Shown here: in pieces, positions 59,401-64,000 of the stretch
Layout: each line of letters opens with the position of its first letter
Numbering within the stretch: position 1 is the stretch's first letter
Origin: Phoronis australis
Lineage: Eukaryota; Animalia; Phoronida
Length of the DNA stretch: 64,000 nucleotides
Direction: 5' to 3'
Assembly (NCBI GenBank): GCA_002633005.1
Contig: NMRA01000691.1
Span: forward strand, 124,001-188,000
Program-made: the position numbers and the translations under genes
The notes under the pieces: model-generated
Databases searched by the model: none
What the model was told of the DNA's origin: nothing
The model's input: the letters and a program-made list of their open reading frames with translations, nothing else

Positions 59401-61370
59401 AACTTTGGATAGACACTTGGAGTCGTTTTTAGCATTTTTGTAAATGCCACTGCGTTCTGACTTTTTACTAAAGAACGTAATTGTATCAAATGTCACCAAA
59501 GGCCCAATTAATCATGATATATAAAGATGTATAATTTTGGATGACGAAATTATCCACTGCAAGTGTGGGGATCTATATTCTAAAACCTTTGTCTTTATAG
59601 GGTAGAATTTTTTTGAATCATTGAAATTATTTCCCTAATGGCTTAACTAGCTCCGTGATTGATTTCCTTATATGGTACTATTACATTTTGTCAAAACTGA
59701 AAAATATTTTCAAACCAGTCAGGTACGCGAAATGATTTACCTTTTGCTTCAAGAACTGACAAAGTGCTTCTAATGATATGGCTCTTATGCAACTGGGTTG
59801 AAAAAACAGCGAGTTGCAAAAAGTTTTAATGACAGTAAACTCCTTAGCAAGTACACACACCGGAACAAATGAATGCAAACAACTCACACGCATGCGCGGC
59901 ACAATCTCAGCGGCACACGGGATTGGAGTTGGCATTCCACTGGGTTAAAGTTCTAAGAACACAGTCAACAAGAAACAACCACTGAATACAAACCTGCCGA
60001 TTTGCCTCACAATATGTAGCAACAGTGTTGGCACGAATACAGAGTGCACTTTCATTGATATATGCATAACAACGTATCCTGTTGCCATGGTAACAATCTT
60101 CCATGTCACCATGATGATCATTCCAAGAAGACGTGTCCCTTATCAACTGGCTAAACTTGTCCTCAGGGCAAAAACTATAAATATCTGACACTGAAAAATA
60201 GACAAAAGGACAGTCATTTTTACGCAAAGTAAAAATCCTTTGTGTAAGGGATCATTCCAAGAAGACGTGTCCCTCATTAACTGGCTAAACTTGTCCTCAG
60301 GGCAAAAACTATAAATATCTGACACTGAAAAATAAACAAAACGACAGTCATTTTAACGCAAAGTAAAAATCTCTTGTGTAAGGAAGTAGCAGACACAACT
60401 CTACACACAATTTAGCAGAAGTCAAAAATAGATTGTTAGGTTTTAAAACCTTGAAACAATGGCAAATCCAAATTCAGTACCTACCTAAAAGAATGAAGAA
60501 ATAGGATTCGAAAAGGGAATAACGCTCAAAGACATGACAGAACAGAACAGAATTCAAAGATAAGAAACAGACTGACTTGCTGATGTAAATTACCAGAAAA
60601 TTTTGCCCCTGAAAATTTTATCGCTGCTTTACAAACAGGTAATGCATCACAATTTTTACCTGGCTTCATGTCCGCAGACAGTACTGACGTGTCTGGTCCA
60701 GGTAAATCAATGGGGGTCTCTTTGGGGGAACTGAACTGCTTCTGAACGAGGTAAGGAATGAGCTCACCCCTTATAGTTGTTATGGACCTGACAAAACATA
60801 GAAAGCAATGAAGAACAAAACAGGACAGGTCACAACTTTTTGCCCGACCAGTCAGAAACGAGACTGCAACCGGGCATCCAGTCAAAAAAATATTTGACAG
60901 GCTAAGTTTTAGCGGACCTGCAGCAGAAATCACAGCCAACTATGTCTTCTGTGCAGGCCCCTGAACAACTCTTCTTGTAATCTCAAATGGATTATGGCAG
61001 AAATTTGCGAGTTTGCTGGCCTTTCGCTTCAGGTTTCTGATTTATTTCAATTTAGGTTCTTGCCAATATGGTTTGCCGACATCGGTTCCCATTTGGTGGT
61101 GACCTAGGAATTTTGCCATGTCGCATTTGGCGAGTTAACATTATGCTATATCTCTGTCCCTGATATAGTCAACACTGACAATACACAGAAACAATCGTTT
61201 CAATCAAAATCAAAGTTAATCCAGTGACAACACTTTTAGATAAGTTTAATGATAGGACACCAGCTACTTGCTGCTCCTACTTTTGTTGAGATAAGAAGTC
61301 AATCACCCATTTCTTCAGTAAATACAAGTGACCGTCCAGCAACCGGCTGCGAATGTTGATACATGGATGT
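53382..61370 (-). CDS. EIF2B3: Translation initiation factor eIF2B subunit gamma, last 7 coding exons (5' part beyond the window)
   Basis: HPCINIRSRLLDGHLYLLKKWVIDFL / SITTIRGELIPYLVQKQFS / IRCYAYI...CIRANTVATYCEANRQ / hexapeptide beta-helix repeats / C-terminus MMEI*; phases consistent. Confidence 0.93.
54076..54179 (-). CDS. EIF2B3: EIF2B3 exon
   Basis: CNIQNCVVCENVHINERCDLKDCLVGSHQNILAM. Confidence 0.92.
54952..55100 (-). CDS. EIF2B3: EIF2B3 exon
   Basis: VGGDSMLAAGVTVAEKVSVKKSIVGRHCSISDKVKITNSIIMDHVTIDE. Confidence 0.92.
55150..55225. repeat. Perfect 31-bp inverted repeat with a 14-nt loop
   Basis: attttgatcagtattctgtcttgaagagctc (55150-55180) / gagctcttcaagacagaatactgatcaaaat (55195-55225). 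Confidence 0.95.
55573..55656 (-). CDS. EIF2B3: EIF2B3 exon
   Basis: AVKHWSSIAPNKELRLIDPGATIQGKSQ; phase 0/0. Confidence 0.88.
56145..56436. mobile_element. hAT-like MITE with 5-bp TSD
   Basis: ATAAC|CAGGGGCGGATCCAGA ... TCTAAATCCGCCAGTG|ATAAC; contains a gap with duplicated flanks. Confidence 0.72.
57983..59198 (-). mobile_element. HINE pieces (3' end 57983-58087; 5' part 58684-59198) around a gap
   Basis: Reverse complement of the 41954-43593 termini, including both subTIRs and hairpins. Confidence 0.8.
59994..60190 (-). CDS. EIF2B3: EIF2B3 exon
   Basis: SDIYSFCPED...IRCYAYINESALCIRANTVATYCEANRQ. Confidence 0.92.
60116..60383 (-). repeat. 134-bp tandem duplication of an EIF2B3 acceptor plus the first 75 nt of the exon
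   Basis: Copies 60116-60249 and 60250-60383; AG acceptors at 60192-60191 and 60326-60325. Confidence 0.92.
60660..60787 (-). CDS. EIF2B3: EIF2B3 exon
   Basis: SITTIRGELIPYLVQKQFSSPK...ADMKP. Confidence 0.92.
61281..61370 (-). CDS. EIF2B3: EIF2B3 exon
   Basis: HPCINIRSRLLDGHLYLLKKWVIDFLSQQK. Confidence 0.92.
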
Positions 61371-62144
61371 CTGAAATCAAACATGAACGCTGTCACAAAG
61401 TAAACTAGATAGCACAAAAATTCTACAAAGTTTCAATACACAAAACCATAAGTTCAGCAATCACTACCGTGTCACAATCAGTAACTTGGATTAACATCTA
61501 ATTAACATCTAATTAACATGCACCAGTGATGAGACCGAGTGTTACCAAGTCAGATCCCAGGTTCACAGCCTCAATTTTTTTCTGCGAACCTGTGGCCGAC
61601 TAACCTTCCTTCCGCTGCCTCGAACTTCTTTGTGCTATGGCACCTGAACCGACAAAAATGTTGTTCAGTGTCAAGTTAAAACAGACTTTGTGAAAAGCAA
61701 AAATCCATGTCCTAGTTTGTTGTGCAGTATATGTTGAACATATTCATGCTGCAAATATATTTGTATGTCTCCCTATTGACATTCTATTCTCGCACCAAGG
61801 TTAAGAATTTTGACACGGAGTGTGAACCTATTAATCTTCACCCTCATCCCCAAGCCTCAAGATGGAGCTGACCAGTTAAGCTATGTTTATGGAATATGTT
61901 GGAATATCATGAGCAATATATAACTTTCTGCAGTTTTATATAAAAATGAAAATTAACAGTATATTGCAACAGTTAATGCCTAAATTATTGCAAAAATGAT
62001 GTGTTTTGATTCCAAAACATTAATTTCTATGATACTATTAATGAAAAAGAATTGCTAATTAGTATGTGAACAACTTTCATTTCAAACGATTACCAAAACA
62101 ATGCCTTCTGCTTCATGAATGGCGGCAAGTGCCTGTGAAATAAT

Positions 62145-63560
62145 AGCAAGAGCAACGCCAAGCGTTGAAATGAGCCCACCAATGCATCGCAAATGGTGTG
62201 GTTTTAGGGTTATTTATTTGTATCATAAAAATGGCCACCAGATGGCGCAAAACGTACAATTCATCCAAATACAGCTATGGATGCAAAACAAAACAGAGCT
62301 AACACTAGGAGGCGCCACAGTAGTCAGTCGCCATCATCAAACGTCCTCTTCACACTGAGAACATTTCAATTTCCAAAACCATCCCTAGAAGGATTTGGTT
62401 GACCAAGGTTTGAAAACAGCAAAAATGGCCACTAGGTGGCGCAAAATACCTACATTCCATCCAAAAACAGGAGCAAAGTGTCATCTCTTCAATAGATGCC
62501 TATATTGAACATTTTATGAAAATCTGTTTTGGACCTTTGAAGATAGAGAAGTAAACGTAAAAAACTAAAATTGCCACTACGGGGCACACGAGTGGTCAGA
62601 ACCATCTGAAAGTCGTCGTTGTTCGTTGTCAACATCATATAAATACACTTGCTAAATCAAGTAAAGATCCTGCAAACGGTTAGGAAATACAGCCATGAGC
62701 GCAAAAAAAAAACTGTCAACAGGAGGCGACACAGTAATCGAAGTTGGAAAATCATGGTCAGTCGTCCACGTCATAGGTAAAACATACATGCCAATTTTCA
62801 CAATTATCCTGAAAGCGGTTTGGTTGATAGACGAGTGGACGACAAAAAACAGACTCGAAAACAGTAAAAATGGCCACTAGGAGGCACAAACTAGGTTGAA
62901 TCCATCTGACATTGGAGAGATGGCGTCACCTCATTAACAGATGCCTGTATGCCAAATTTTACGTAAATGCATTGAGGACCTTTAAAGATAGAGGTAAACG
63001 TAAAAAAACAAAATTGCCACTAGGTGGCACACCAATATTCAGATCTGTCTGATAGTCGACATCCTGCGTTATTAACATCATAGAAATGCACTTACTAAAT
63101 TTAGTAAAGATCCTGCAAATGGTTTAGGAGATACAGCCATAGGCGTAAAAATACAAAATTGCCACAAGGAGGCGCCACAGTAATTGAAGTCGTCGGAAAA
63201 CCATCATCAGCCGTGCACTTCATAGTAAGAACATACATGACAATTTTCGCAATCATCCTTTGAGCGGTTTGGTTGATGGAGGGATGGACGCCAAAAAAAA
63301 ATCGAAAACAGTAAAAATGGCCACTAGGTGGCGCAAAATACCTCGAATCCATCCGAAAACGAAAGGATTGATGCCTATGTGCCAAATTTCATGAAAATCA
63401 GTTGAGGACCTTTCAAGATACAGAGGCAAACGTAAAAAACTAAAAATGCCACCGGGGCCCCCATAGGAACGCACCTGCCAAATTTCAATAAGATGCTGCA
63501 AGTGGTTTAGGAGATACAGCCGCGGACGCCCAGACAGAGATGACGGCAATATGCACCCAC
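62145..63560 (-). mobile_element. HINE copy in an EIF2B3 intron
   Basis: 3' terminus agcaagagcaacgccaagcgttgaaatgagcccac; ~145-bp repeats with CCACTAGGTGGCGC; head ggacgcccagacagagatgacggc. Confidence 0.83.
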
Positions 63561-64000
63561 TGCATTTGTTTTAATCACGTCAAGGCAGAGGCCAATCATT
63601 ACTAATTAATAAGCACCAGTGACGAGACCGTTGTGTTACAAGTCAGATCCCGATTTCCCAGCCTCAATTTTTTCTGCTAACCTGCGGCCCATTTACCTAC
63701 CTTGAGAATTAGTACAGTGTATGCGAACAACCTTTATTTCAAACAGTAACAAAAACAATGACTTCTGCTTCATGAATGGCAGCAACAACACTTGTGAAAA
63801 TGATAAAAATCTGCCTTTGTTTTCATGATGTCAAGGAAATGGCCAATCATTGTACAGAAGGTAATTCGCAACCGCAAGACTCAAATGGTTAAACCGATCA
63901 GTGCCACCTTAAGGTTTGGGGATGAGGATGATTAATCTTTAGTCAAAATTGCCCCATTTCCACCCATCCCCAGTCCTTTTCATGGGTCATTTGACCCATG

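Overview
Intron-rich animal genomic DNA from a draft scaffold with N-gaps. A marine invertebrate, possibly a lophotrochozoan, is my inference from the repeat families. Three genes were reconstructed by hand from GT-AG sites and reading phase: a complete 23-exon SMC2 condensin subunit (+, 147-27131, 1211 aa), a perilipin/PAT-family lipid-droplet gene (+, 9 coding exons, about 443-451 aa, ending 51541), and the last 7 exons of eIF2B gamma (EIF2B3; -, 53382-61370, 5' part outside the window). The perilipin and EIF2B3 genes are tail-to-tail. Introns and intergenic DNA hold many non-autonomous DNA transposons. The most striking is a Helentron-associated (HINE/DINE-1-like) family whose internal ~145-bp repeats each carry a near-consensus CTCF motif, with every copy oriented sense to its host gene. 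Others are a Kolobok deletion derivative with a decayed THAP transposase, hAT-like MITEs with 6-bp and 5-bp target duplications, piggyBac-like TTAA MITEs and TA-target elements. Also notable: repeated tandem duplications of splice junctions, a probable alternative acidic last exon of perilipin partly hidden in a gap, an HNF4/DR1-CRE-TATA promoter, and an assembly haplotype overlap that shows filled and empty transposon alleles. No prokaryote-type system, CRISPR array, rRNA or tRNA gene was seen.
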